64,000 bases of DNA, from the NCBI GenBank assembly GCA_001244265.2, contig CDLV01000011.1, forward strand, positions 868,001 to 932,000. Reading direction: 5' to 3'. A program made the translations under genes and the position numbers. Positions 24,170 to 37,078 of the stretch are shown here, one piece after another. The notes below the pieces were generated by a model. That model saw only the letters and a program-made list of their open reading frames with translations, was not told the origin of the DNA and did no database searches. The DNA comes from Microbotryum violaceum. Its lineage: Eukaryota. Each line of letters opens with the position of its first letter. Position 1 is the stretch's first letter.

Positions 24170-25485
24170 CAGGCTATACAAGTTCACAGATACTTTCAAG
24201 TTGAACCCCTCGGCATCCGTCGTGAAGTGGAGCGAAAACACTCTTCGTGAACTGTGACTTACACTGAGAAGTCCGAGTCCGGCGTCTTCACCATCTCGAG
24301 CAACTTCAACAAGGTAGGTAGGAGAAGTGCCGGGTTTCAGGTGAAGACGGGCGTGCACGCTGAGTACGGACTTGCATGGCATAGGCTGCATCATTGCTGC
24401 AGGATACTGACTTACCATGTCATAATAATAACAGTCATCCATAGTATTTTTATTTACAGTAGTTAAACCACCATAATAACTTTTTCTAATAACGCTTTCT
24501 ACATCACCTCATACATGATGAATAGATACTTTTCTATCATCATAATAATTATATCTAAACATATTTAAAGCTAGAGAAGCTACGGTCTTATAATCAACAA
24601 GATTATGTCTATAGTTGATTCAAAGTTGAATACTAAATTTCTCAAGAACTTTATATAGAACTAAACAATCTTGCTGGTTATATTTTAAAGTTTCTTCCTT
24701 AAGATTTCATACTTTATTATTACTATAGTCACTAGGTTCATTATAATATTCAGGACCAGGTTATTTACCGAATGCATAGCGCAACTCACCCGGAGATAGG
24801 CCTCAATTTCCTCAGTCTCCGAGCCTGCACTTTTCGATGAGGACGACGGCGTTCCTTCCCCGACATTAGTGCGCAATCCCTCGCAGGAGTGCCTACACTC
24901 CACCTACCTTTGATTGAAGACCTAGTCTTCCTCGACCACAGGGATGAACGGTGCAAGCGCTTCCTGAGCAATTCGGGTTCCTCTTGTATTATTTGACAAC
25001 GATCATCGAAGCCCGCAAGCCGCCGATTCGGTGAGGGTGGTTCTTGCATCAATTGAGCGTGAGATCGCGGAGAAACTCCTTTTGCCCTGGCTCCAGTCTC
25101 ACCTCTGTCATGCCGCTCATCGAGCTTTTCGGGAGCGTTGATCCTCAATCGGATGGCGCAGACGAGGTCGTCAAAGCTTTACCTTCACACATTGATCGAC
25201 ATGAGTTGGATGTGTCGCCAATCTCGGAGGATGACACGGATGGTCTGCGTGTGCGGAAGAGCCGTTCAAGCTGCTCGTTCGAGTGAAGGCCAATTCTTTC
25301 GCGCCTCACAGGGGGTCTGGCCCTGCGATGGAAGACGGTCTCCCACGTCTCTTCGCAGGTAACCAGGTGATTTTCGCCTTCGTGGATGCTCCTTCAACCG
25401 AAAGTGCTTCCCATCAGAGATCGTATGTGATGCGAGGAACTCTGCACTGTCGGCAGCATTGCTGCATCGATCTCTCTTTGCATAG
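24170..25485 (+). pseudogene. F-box family paralog 2, disrupted by frameshifts/stops, with an expanded intron
   Basis: Homologous pieces: GLNFLSLRAC, LHLPLIEDLVFLDHRDE, VVKALPSHI and EDDTDGL. The same phase-1 intron is present (donor 24314, acceptor 24799). The 5' boundary is approximate. Confidence 0.8.
24374..24772 (-). pseudogene. dpoB: Nuclear-inserted fragment of a protein-primed family-B DNA polymerase (mitochondrial linear plasmid dpoB type)
   Basis: About 25-30% GC island. With TGA=Trp (codons starting at 24709, 24622, 24511) it reads GK*PGPEYYN...WNLKEETLKYNQQDCLVLYKVL...KTVASLALNMFR...IRKSYYGG...YYYDMVSQYPAAMMQPMPC. This contains Exo III YxxxD, SYxGG and Pol motif A DxxSxYP. Confidence 0.93.
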
Positions 25486-25678
25486 CTCGAGGGTTTTTTG
25501 TCCTCCACAGCTCCACCCGCCTCTTAAAACTATCGCGACCCCTTTCTAACATGAAACCGGCAATGACGTGACCTCCCGAGTTTTAGACGATTAGCCGGAA
25601 ATGCACGCATGCATGATTCAGACAGGCAGCGCGTGTCCACTACTTCATCTTCGGCTCCCACACTTCTTCACATCAGCC

Positions 25679-27120
25679 ATGCAGTCGGTACAAAATCAAC
25701 AGTATGTTTCGTCCGTTATGCCACGGCCTCATACTGCTGGCTCACGGCATCGCGATGATTTCTCACGCTGCAGGCTCGACGGCAACGTCGGCGAGGGGCC
25801 CTGGGCATCGGAGTTTTTGCACATTTTACCTAAAACGGGCAATGCCGCCTCGGACTCGAGCGAAGCGATTGCTGAGGGCAAATCGGTCGAAGTCGAACAG
25901 CTCGTCTATCTCGTTACTGAAAAGTTGATCCTCAGCTCGGTCCAGCGTTTCCCAACTTCCTTGCTCGATCTACCCAATGAAACGCTCGAACACATCTGCG
26001 GCTACCTTGACGACGAACCCTCAACCGAGATTCGGGCGGCTGCTCTGCGCAACATGTCACTCGTTTGCCGTCGCTGCCGTCGACCAGCACAGGCAAGGTG
26101 GAAGCCGTTCCGCAGAATTCGTCTCACTTTGGGGCAACCAAATTATTCCCGTTTCCTTGCGTTGATGCCTCAATCCCAGACACTATGGAACGTCTTACGC
26201 CAGTCTTTTGCTTCACATCCCGTACGCATCGAGATTACGCTCCACCCTCGCAAACCACGTCGGATCCCCTCAGTTTTTGAGACGACTTCCTTCGCGGCGC
26301 TGCTCTCCGAGATCGCCGAGTTCCATTCGTTTGCACTTCAAGAACTCGCTTTCAGTACTCTCCTTGGAGTCCCACTGTCACCACTCGGGAAAATAAAGAG
26401 TAAGTTGGTAAGATTTTCATGATTTTCAGCTCGCCGAGGAGGATATTTGATCTTCACGAGCTGAGAACTACGCACGGGCGCCGGGCAGACTTCGTCTTCC
26501 TCGCGCTTCGAGGCTGCAGTTTCACTGCGGATCCAGCAACGATAACACTGCCTAGCCTCCTCCGTCTCCAACTGAACGCCGCTTCTCTCTTGAAGCTGCC
26601 TCGTATGGAGCTACCCGCCCTCGAAGACCTCGTAGTCTACGACCTCAACCAGACTGCTACACGAATCCTCTCAGTGGACGACCTTGGGTGGCTCCTTGAG
26701 AGCACCGCCGCCACCTTGCGTCGATTGTATTTGCACCCAATTCAGAGTGATGCCTTGGAAAGCCTCCTACTACCTTGGCTGCCAAGCTGTCGTAACATCT
26801 CGCTCATCAAGCTCTTGGTCGATCAAGGTTCGATTGCCGATGCTTCGACGAGCATCATCCACGCTTTGCCTCCCCACATCGCTCGCGAAGAGGCTAGATT
26901 GATCGATGCCCGTCAAGACGATACCGATGGGTTGGCTTTCAAGATACGTGCAGAGTTCAATCTGATGATCGTGGTGCAAAGCGAGTCCGCGAGCTCGAGA
27001 CATTTCTTCGGCCAGGAACGAACACGCTCCCACCCCAATTTTCGGTTTCCCTCGGACTGTGTCAATCACGCGCAAAAAATCGATCGCTCTCTTGGGTACG
27101 CCATGAGAACTTGCTTGTAA
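25679..27120 (+). CDS. F-box protein with LRR-like C-terminus, paralog 3
   Basis: LLDLPNETLEHICGYL...LRNMSLVCRRCRRPAQARWKPFRRIRL. Intron 26400-26488 sits at the same position as in paralog 1. Shares TLRRLYLHPI, CRNISLIKL and DDTDGL with paralog 1. Start codon uncertain. Confidence 0.75.
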
Positions 27121-27616
27121 ACGTATTCATGAGTCTCAAAGATCATTATCTGGCCATTTGAAGTATATCCCATTCTGTTTCTTTCACCTTCTTGACATGC
27201 GACTCTAGACAGTTCACCTTCTCCGAGCTCTGGCCTTCATCGGCGCTCTCTTCTACCGCGAACAGAACTCCTTCTTGTTTGCAATTCGTTTTCTTTTCCA
27301 TATGCGCCTGACAACATCCGATCATTCCTACCGGATCCTTTCCCCTGATCTTCCCATTCATCCGTTCCTTCACCCGAATGTACAAACTCGTAACTTACCT
27401 ACCGAGCTTCAAGACCCACTTATTGTCCAGCTCCTTTCCTTGCTTGGCTCTTTTTGGGCCTGATCTGGTTTCCCTTTTGCTTGTCTCGTAAAAACTCATG
27501 CACACGTAAGGTTTACATGACCAACATATTGAACACACAACACTTCAGTCGATTAATCAAGACACGCGTAATAAGAAATAAACAGGCACAACAACTTCAC
27601 AAGAAAAACCATGCCC

Positions 27617-30600
27617 CTAAGTCACAAGTGGGACGGTGAGGGTAGAAGTGGTGGCCGTGGTAGTGGTAGTGGGCGGATCATCCAGGCAAGGAGAGGTAGG
27701 TTGTGAACCTTCAGGACTTCTCGTCAATTCGAACGAGACCAATCGAGACGTATCGAAGGAACTCCTCGGCTCGTTCGACGATAGCGCAGCGTTCGAACTT
27801 GGATTTGGAGCGACCAAGTTCGCCTCGATCGACGCGAAGACCTCCGCTCTAGGAATTGAGACGATGCTCGTCGAATCTAAACAAGGTGCCAAAGGAGCTC
27901 CAGCGAGATTCGAAGTCGGTAATTCCCTCCATGTGCGAGATCGGGTTGATTTCCTTCGAGGTGGGGGAGGAGCGACGATGCTCGGCGTTAGAGTGGAGGC
28001 CAATGCAGCCGCGGGGACGGAGGACGTCTCCTCCGATTCCGAAGAGAGGACGAATGAAGCGTTCGACCCAATAGAAGAAACGGACATCGTCGAACGAGGC
28101 CGTGGTCTGGCCAGAGGCAACATATCCGTTTCGGACGTCTTGTTCTGCAAGATTGCGGCGAGACGGATCGAACTGGATGAGTTGGATTGGGAGACGACTT
28201 GGTCGACGAGATGGGCGGGTCGCTCGGCGAGGATCTCGGCAGTGGAGGCTGAGAAACGTCGGAGACGACGCAGGTGGGTGCTCGCATCATTCGCGACAGG
28301 ATAGAGCGGAGCGGCTAGTTGCGAGGTCGGGTAAAGCGCCCCAGCGGAGAGACCTCCACCCCAACTCCACCAAGATTGGGAATGCGCATCGTAGCTCAGC
28401 GGTGGCGCTTGACCGCTTGCATTCTCACTAGTGAAAGGCGAGGCCGCTCGTTGTGAAGAGGGTGCGTTCGAAGTTGTTGTCGAGCTCGGCAGGGCACCCC
28501 ACAAAGACCAACGGTCGGCATATGTAGACCGGTCGGGTACGACAGGTGACCCCTCGCTTTCGCTACGTCGCATGTCGGTCGAACTGAGACCAAACGACAT
28601 GTCGCCACCCCCACCAGCCGGTGGTCGAGTCATCATCGCCAGGGCTGAATATGACCGCGAGAGAGACGGTACTCGTATCCGATCGCGTGACATCCCTTCC
28701 AAGGGTAGCGCAAGTCGGGATCGACTATCAGGCGTCCCTCCCTCAGACGACAGGCTCGCCAGCGAGAGCGCTCGTAAATGTCTCGTCGCAGCCGAGGCGT
28801 CCCCATCCTCGCTCGTCTCGCTCTGAGGCGTGACGCTATCGCCGGAGTCGACGTGATGGCGATTCCTCGACGATGGAGGAAGCTTCCAACTTGGAGGAGG
28901 CATCTCCTCGGCTGAAGTGAGCCTGTCGGATCGAGGAGGGAGCATCGGATCCGCATCGAGGGTGACGCTGACCTTCTTCGGCGCCTTGGAAGCCTGTTGC
29001 CAACTGAGACGTCGTTCACGTGCATAGTTTGGAAAGGGTAACGATGCCGTGGGTGAGGTCGACTGCTCGCGGTTCACACTCGTCGTTCCTGGCGAGTACC
29101 ACCCTGCTCCAGTGCCGCGAACTGATTTGGGCGAACTAGGTGGTGAGATGCCGGCATGGGTCGGTCGATACTGCTGCAGTGACAGACGTCGGGTCCGAGC
29201 CACCGTAGAGGCGTCGGCAGACTTGATCCCAAAGAACGGCGTCGGTGTCGACATCGCTGGCGGTTCAGGCAGGCAGTGCAACGGGTCGCTGAGAAGGAAC
29301 GCCAGTGCCGCTTGGAAATTGACGAACGACCAGCTGCGACAAAGAAAAAGGTCCAACGTAGAGTCAGCTTCGAAGCCAAAGTCCCAACTCAAGTCAAAGG
29401 ACCAACACTCACTCAAGATGCGAAGGCAAACTCTCCGACAACCTAAACGTCTTGACGAAGAACAACAAACTCTCCAGATTCTCCACGCCAGCTTTGACAA
29501 TGACCCAAGAGAAAAGGGGGATCAGATCATCCGGTGCTAGGCGTGAGCCACCTTGGACCGTCTCGATCGCGTGCACCATGGTTTGTAGGGACTCGGCGAT
29601 GATGGTCACGCAGCCCAAGGGGGTTCGAACGCCTCGGAGAGGACGGGTAGCTGCGCCTGCGTCTGTGATCGAGAAGGGCTTCTGGATCGTCGGGCCTGCT
29701 GTGGAAGCGGGAGAAGGAGAAGGCGATTTCGATCGATCGTCCCGACCGCTCGTACTTGCTGGCCCAGGGCGTCGAGTAGTCAACGTGGCAGCTGAAAGCA
29801 CCCACAACTGTGCGACCTTGTCCGGAACCTTCGTCGCTACCTCCGAAGTCTCTTTGAGATCTTGCAAGATCGTAATGGCCGTCTTGAGCGCCCCATTCGC
29901 AAGTGGTTCTGCTGACTCAAAGTGAACGCCCAAGTCGGTCGGCAGAACTTGACGTTCTTGGTAGGTCGAGATGATGCTATTGAGCGTGGCGTCCTCTGGT
30001 GAGAAATGAGGGAGGATTGAAGAAGTGTAAAGCTTGCGGTATAGGAGACCGATGATGACACTGTTCACGAAAGCCTCATAATCAGCATTGGGAACCGGGA
30101 CCGAGGATAAGGTCTCACTTCTCTATCAAAAGCCGTAGGTTGGTCGCATGTTCTTCCGATACGAGCCAAGTTCTCAGTTCTTCATCCGCGTCAAGATCCC
30201 GCACGATCTGTTGCCAGATGCGATCGAAGATCCCTTTGCGTATGCGCTGTGCAAAGACCAGCGGTTCGGGTCAATTCCTACATTTCCGGCTGAGTAAGTC
30301 GGTGGTTCACTCACTTGAATGAGATAAGGCTCAAGACCCCGAATGTAAGCGACGCCCCCTTCAAATTCTCGAACCAGAGCTCTGATGTACTCCAACGTAG
30401 ATGCAAAGACTGGTGCCAAACCTGCAAGTTGAGGGGGTGGACTGGCCAAGAAAGCGAGGTCGCTGCACGTTCAAGTGCAGATTAGTTAGTCTCCAGCGCC
30501 CCGACTCCACAGCAAATGGTCAAACTGCGGACACTTACGCAAGAAACTCTCCCCTCATCATCCCATTCGCCCCTACCGCGACAATCCCGAACGCGCTCCT

Positions 30601-33126
30601 CCAACTCCTAGCACTCCTAGTACTCGACATTGACCCCGCGCGTCGTCTCGTACTGGGTGCTCCATGACCCTGTGAGGAGGTCGTCTCCCCGACCAACTCG
30701 AATGTCGGATGTCTTGATAGGGCCAAACTCGATTGACTGCGGTTGTTCGAATCGTGGGGACTGTCCGTCCCGAAGAGGCGGAGGGAAATGGATGATGCGG
30801 ACGTCCGGATGATGGGTTCGGGGTCGGACGGAACGGACGTGCCGTGCAACGTCCTTCGCTGCGACGTCGTGCTCGCGGAAATCGAACCTCGTCGCATGAC
30901 GATCCCGCCCCCGAGGGCGAGAACTCGCACCCGTTCCAACATGGGTCCAGATTTGCTGGTTTCTCGAACGGACGCGAGAGTCGGTGTCACGAAAGAGGGT
31001 GGATTCAAATCGGCATCGGTTCTTTCGGGCCATGTTTTCAGCGTCGGGATGGCGGATGAGATGCTCCTTTTGAACCACTTGGGCGTTCTGAACCCTGACT
31101 TGTGGAGAGAAGATGAGCCGGAAGACTTGCCGAGGGTCGAGTTGGTCGAAGCCGACAGTGTTGATGGCGCAGGGGGAGGGTTCGTGGCTGAGATGATCTG
31201 GCGAGGGCGTCGATAAATAGTTGTCTCGGCAATGATCCGAAGTGATTTGACGGGCGTGATCAGGGAGAAGGAACTTCGAGCGGGCGAAACGACAGCAGCA
31301 GTCGGTGATCGAGGCGAGCGTGCTTGAGTCGATTCATTTTTGGAGCCATTGTCAGAGCCGGACGAGGCAAAGGACGAAGTTGACTGTGCCGAATTAATGA
31401 CTTGGGTCGGACCCGGCATCTTGACCCAATCAATTAAAGCCGTCCCTTGACCCGGTATCAACCTCGCACGACAATGACCTTCCTCCGAAGCGATCACGCT
31501 CCTCCAACTCGTGGTCCCAGGTGCCGCATCCTCGTCATTTTCCAAAGGTTTGAATGCATGCAACGCAACGTAGGCGATCGACATCTGACGTTCCTTCTCC
31601 ACGTCCCGACCCGCTTGTTCGCCCGCGACGCCTTTGCCACCTCGCACGAATTCGAAAGCAGGGGCCGCGCTTTGTCGCCGTGGTGTCAGTGCCTCGAGGG
31701 AGGGCAAGGTCCGTTTTGGAGGGACGAGAATAAGAGTCGCCGCATCCCAGGCCGAACGCAGGACGGGGATCGCCGAAGATGACAATAGAACGTACAGTGG
31801 GTGCGAGTCGGGGTCCTCGTCCTCTTCGTCCTCGGTCAAGTCCTCTGCGTCTTCCTCGTCATCGAGCGCCTCTTCATTATCATCCATCGAGTGATCGGCC
31901 ATGGGAGGTGGATGCCCATCATCTGAGGAAGCTTCAACTTCGCCTTCGTGGGGATCAGTCGACTCGGCCCGGATAGAGGGAAGTGGAATCGTCCGAGACG
32001 CTGCCGAGCCGGGAAAGGGGATGCTGTTCGTCAACGAGCCCGTGACGGACGAAGGTGTAGGTGGAGCCGAGTTGGAACCTTGGTCGGACAGCTGATGTGC
32101 CGTATGTAGCGGTGAAAGTTCCACCGCAGTGCTGATGGTACTCGCAGCAGAGGGTGTCGACCCCGTCGTGACAACGAGCGATTTCCTCGAAGGCGATTCG
32201 AAGTCGATCAGATCGATGCTCCTCCCATCGCACGATTGACTGCTGATCAATCTCTGTAAATCGGTCGCATGAAGTGACGATGTCCGTGGTGTACGAGGGA
32301 CCATATCAGGAAATATAGGTAAGGACGACATGGTCTCGACACGGGGGAACTGATACGTCGTATGGTTCTGCACCGGTGTCAAGGCCTCGGCAAGTTGGAA
32401 CGATCCTCTCTGCATAGGTGTGAGATAGTCAACCCCGCCGTCGATGTGATGTTCCATTGGTGCAGTACCAGCTCCAGCGTTTGTTTTTTGTGCAGAACTA
32501 TCTTGCAGCCGGAACGTCTCGGAGACAAAATCGGCGAAATCGAGCATCTCTCTTGGCGAGGTCGGAGGCGGTGTCGATCTCTGTTCGCTCGAGTTGGTCC
32601 GTAACCGGTGTCGACCCAATCGATCACGTTCTAGAGCTATTGCATCGAGATGGGCGATGAGAGGTTCGCCGTCAGACAGGCCACTCGTATCTGCCAAAGG
32701 GGAGGAGGCGGCGGTCTGATCAAGCGGGGGGAGATGCTCGAGCGTGGTGGAAATCTTGGCCAGAGGGAAGCGGTAGCTCGAGCCTGATGGTGCCGAGTCA
32801 TCGTTGAGGCAAGCTTTGGATGGACTCGACCGTATCGGGGGTGGCGGTTGGTTCTCGGCCGAGGATCTTGCATGAAACGATGTACGAGGTCTGGACCGAG
32901 AGAGCCGTCTTGTCAAGTAGGTCGTGTTGGTGTTGTTGGTCGTCGACGTTGGCATCGCGTCCACGATGTCGTCCGAGCCCGGCAGCTGCTCAAGATCGCT
33001 CCTCACTGGGTGGTGCTGGTGCAGGTTGGACGGTCCAGCGACGGCATTCGCATTGGTCGGGTTCTGGGGGGAATATTGAGCTGGTGTGGGTATAGTTTGG
33101 CTCGAACTGAGGATGGCCGAGGTCAT
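27617..33126 (-). CDS. VPS9-domain Rab5-family GEF-like protein with long disordered regions
   Basis: VPS9 core LAPDDLIPLFSWVIVKA...LFFVKTF...WSFVNFQAALAFL, preceded by a helical bundle. GT-AG introns link the long ORFs. Confidence 0.82.
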
Positions 33127-34259
33127 CCCTCAAGATGGGAGCGGGTCTCGAAGTCGACGGTGGCCCTCGGCGCCGACGTCGTCTCGCTTCCGGGGAGGAA
33201 GCTTCACGCCTGACTGACTCAGAAGTGGGGGTGAGCGCTGTGAGTTGTAAGGCGGGCGATCGGCCAGGCTGGCGAGACGGCACGGCTGGAGCTCGGCCAG
33301 ACGGTGTTGCTGTAGACTTGTTCACTGTGCCGGTAGCCTAGTTGGTATTGAAAGTGGTGTCCACACTGGCTGTTGTTGCTGTTGGTGCGCTGCGAGTGGC
33401 GGAATGGATGGGCGATCGTCGACGCCGATAGTCGAAGATGCAGTGCGAACGACACGCGAGTCGACGCGTACCTCTACGGAACGAGGGCGAGGGCCTCGGT
33501 CAGTACGACAACACAAGTATGAGTCGCGGTCCAGGCACAGCACGTACAAGACGGTGCGGCGAAACGAAAAAAACTTGGTCCAAGAAGTCGCAAGCGGTGT
33601 GGACTCGAAGGGCGTTCGTGCTGCTGACCAGTCTGGGTCCGGCTCCGTGTCGGTGGCGGGCGGCGTGTTTGGTGTCCCGACTCCCGAGAGCGAACGCGAG
33701 AATCGCAGGCGGCGGAGCACACGAGTGAGTCAATCGATAGCCGACCCACGAAGGGCACTCGAACGAGAGGAGCCGGAGTAGATACCCAGCAAACAAGGGC
33801 CTCGGCTGGCCTCGAACGCTGTGTATGTCAAAGCAAAGGAACAAAGCCTCAGACTCGCGCTCGGTCGCTCCGGAAAGGAGATCACGCGCTAAATAACCGC
33901 CCGCGCGCTAACGGCGCGCCCCGTGAACTCGCCGCCGTTCGGCTAAGTGGCCTAAAAGATTGTACTCAAATCCCTACAGTAGTTTTGTCCATCTTTTCTG
34001 TATGAATGAAAGAAAACCCTGCTCTATTGGCTAAGCAATATTCTTGTTAGGATATCTCGGTCCCCCTACCCATGAGGGATGGGCGCCGAGGCTTCGGCTA
34101 CTGTCTCCCTTTCCCCCACTTGGTCACGCTCGAACACCGACGCTACACCTGCACGTACGCTCCAGAGTTCAGCAACAAATTCACTTGTCTCTCTGTGTTG
34201 CACTCCCCTTCCACACGCCCCACGCTCCACCCCATCAGCCGAGGACGACCTTGGAAGCG

Positions 34260-35625
34260 ATGAGCGACCTCCAAGCGTACCTCGCAGCCAAGTACATGAC
34301 CGGAGCGAAAGCCGATGCCATCCTAGAACGCTCAGGTTCATCATCGGAGAAGCGAAAGAAGAAGAAGCGCAAGGTCGAAGCTGAATCGACAGCATCGTCC
34401 AGAGGGCAAACATCGACGTCGTACGGTCAGACTCAAGGAAGAGGGGGAGGATTGATTGTGGATGATGATGATGGGATGGAGTGGGCGAGAAAGAAGAATG
34501 ACGACGATCAAGAAGATGGGAGGCCAGGTCAGTGTGCTGTGTTCAACTTGACGATCACGTGTCCTGTCGTGCCCCGGGGTCATGACTTGAAGAGCACCGA
34601 GGCGCTGACCCCCGTCCGTCCTCCACTGCATCGCACGCTCCCAGTCGTCGAACAACAAAAAGCTCAATTCAAAGCCAAAGCCAGCACCGCCTCCTCCTGG
34701 TCCACGATCCGAGAAGCGGCCTTTGACGAGCCCGCGTACGTTCGTACACCTTCCCCGGAACCCGTGGACGAAGAACCGGTCGTTGTCGGCTCGGTCGTAC
34801 AAGACGCTGCACCGCCACCACCACCACCCTCAAAAGGCGGTCTACAGTCAGCAGCCTCTTTACGAGCTGAACAAGCTAGGAGGGATGTCGAACTCGCGGC
34901 GCAGAAGAAGCAGGCTGATGCCGAACTCGAAGCTCGCAAGAGGGAATTGAGGGAACGAGGCGAGACGCTCGACGAGGACGTACAAGGCGACGATGATCAT
35001 ACCGCCACTGTGTATCGAGATTCGTCGGGTCGCAAGATTGATCTCAAGTTGGCCAAGGCGGAAAAGGCCAAGCAAAAGAGGGAAGAGTTGGAAAAGGAGA
35101 TTAAAAAGATGGAATGGGGGAAAGGGCTCGTTCAGAGGGGGGAGAAGGAACAGCGCCAGAAGGAGAGGGAGAAGATGGCCAACCTTCCTATGGCGAGGTA
35201 TGCTGATGACGAGGACATGAATGAGGAGATGAAGGATCGCGAAAGGTGGAACGACCCTGCCGCGAACTTTCTCACGGTGCGTCGAATCGTTCGAATTCAT
35301 CGGCTGGCGAATGTTAGCTCATATCTCCCAACCAACCAACGCCGCACAGAAAAAGAAGAAGGACAGATCAACAGGTCCCAAATACCCCAAGTACACTGGA
35401 CCGATACCAGCACCGAATCGATTCGGTATCCCCCCCGGCTATCGGTGGGATGGAGTGGACAGAGTGAGTAGCTTGCGTCGATGTCGTTAACGCGTAAAAT
35501 CGAGTCGCTAACCAGCGGCGCGTGACCATCAGAGCAACGGATTCGAAGCGTCTTACATGCAAAAAATCAATTCACGCAAGATAAGGTCAGCCGAAGCTCA
35601 TGCGTATTCGACCGAGGACATGTAA
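34260..35625 (+). CDS. BUD13: Pre-mRNA splicing factor Bud13/Cwc26 (RES complex)
   Basis: [63 protein letters not shown] and the C-terminal STEDM*. Confidence 0.95.
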
Positions 35626-35708
35626 TGCCAACCTCCCGACTTTGTTTCCCAAGCTTGCTCTAAGTTTACGTTCATTGCGGAGGGGTTGCTCAATTGATTA
35701 TATACACC

Positions 35709-36590
35709 CTACCGTGGTACATACTCGAACTGGACATGCACCTTCTTACCCCCACCTCTGGACTCTGCGACATCCACTTCATGATCCTCGTCCGGGACCC
35801 TCCTCATCCCGCATTTCTCTTGTGTCCTGCGCGATCCCCAATTATCTTCGAATGCACAGGATCGGATGTGTCTTGCCTTGAGGACGGGTATCAAATAAGA
35901 TTCGATAATGCATTGCAATGCTGCGGCCATGATGCCTTGTCGGTGGTATTGCGGAGCGAGGAAGACTGTTCGCAATAAAAACAGAACCCAGAGTTGGAGT
36001 GAAAAGCCTTTCTCAACCTCGAGACGCCGCTCTGAAAGAAACGCACATCCATAACTCCACACTGTATCCTGCTCCACATCCCCCTCCTCCTTCTTGACGT
36101 CTGCATCACCACCAACCTTTCCCTTTCTAACGACCCCTAGATCCCCGATCCACGGACCCCCCGCCCCCTCCCCTAATCTCAAATTACCGACCGGACAACC
36201 TTCCTCATCCCAACCTATCCGGCCCGCATCAATCCACCTCGCCACTATTCTCTCATACCTCTCCGTGTTAGTCTTGATCCAATCCCGAGCTTGGTCTTCT
36301 GTGTAAGGGTACGGAGGTCCTTCGAGTTGCAGTGCGACGAGAGGATCGTTCAGGGTTCGGTGGAGGGGCGCGAAGTCGAGGGGGTTGGGAAGGGTGAGGG
36401 ATAGGGTGAGGGAGGGGTGGGGAATGGGGAGGTAGAGGGTACGAGTGAGGGAACATATACGGAAGGAAGTGGATTGGATGAGGGATCGCAGGATGGGCAG
36501 AGTCTGCGAGGAAGGCGGACGGTAAGGTGGGGGAGGACTCGGAGCTGGGGTGTTTGAGCTTGTTGAAGGACGGACTTCGCCGCTGGCCAT
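35709..36590 (-). CDS. GNAT (RimJ/RimL-like) N-acetyltransferase
   Basis: LEGPPYPYT, motif A LAPQYHRQGIMAAAL and motif B FEDNWGSRRTQEKCG. One probable in-frame intron ~35967-36045. Confidence 0.85.
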   Translation of the reverse strand: MASGEVRPSTSSNTPAPSPPPPYRPPSSQTLPILRSLIQSTSFRICSLTRTLYLPIPHPSLTLSLTLPNPLDFAPLHRTLNDPLVALQLEGPPYPYTEDQARDWIKTNTERYERIVARWIDAGRIGWDEEGCPVGNLRLGEGAGGPWIGDLGVVRKGKVGGDADVKKEEGDVEQDTVWSYGCAFLSERRLEVEKGFSLQLWVLFLLRTVFLAPQYHRQGIMAAALQCIIESYLIPVLKARHIRSCAFEDNWGSRRTQEKCGMRRVPDEDHEVDVAESRGGGKKVHVQFEYVPR

Positions 36591-37078
36591 GGTTCCACCC
36601 TCTCGTATAATGGTATATGAGAAGCAGGAAGAGGATAGTCATATAACCAACGGAGCCGTCCTCGATGGATCCGACGCCGGCAGCGTTCGAGTCAACAAGA
36701 GGAAGTCGACCCGCGTGGTTTCGCTTCATACTCCGAGTCAAGAAGAGACCTCATCGCGTGATTTTCTCGGCAGCAGGAATTGTTCAAAGCCAAAGTACAC
36801 ATCTCCCAATCAAAATCCAAGACGACTCCACCCATACTAAATCCCCATCTTATGAACAATGCGTCAAGAAACCAGAAGAAAAATCAAAAAACGCTAAAAA
36901 AGAACAAAGTAAACAACGGGGACAAAGAAAGAACGTGACAAAAAATGGGAGAGAGAAGAAAGTCGAAAGTCGTGACAGGGTCCATAAGGGAGGGCAAGCA
37001 CGGTCATCCATCACAGGCGTAGAGAAGAAGATACAGCGAAACGGACGAAGTTTCACGAGGGAGTTATAGATGGAATAA

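Noticed and set aside
24400-24770. AT-rich island as a RIP-mutated transposon relic
   Set aside because: It keeps a clean reading frame under the mitochondrial code with polymerase motifs; the AT richness is better explained by organellar origin.
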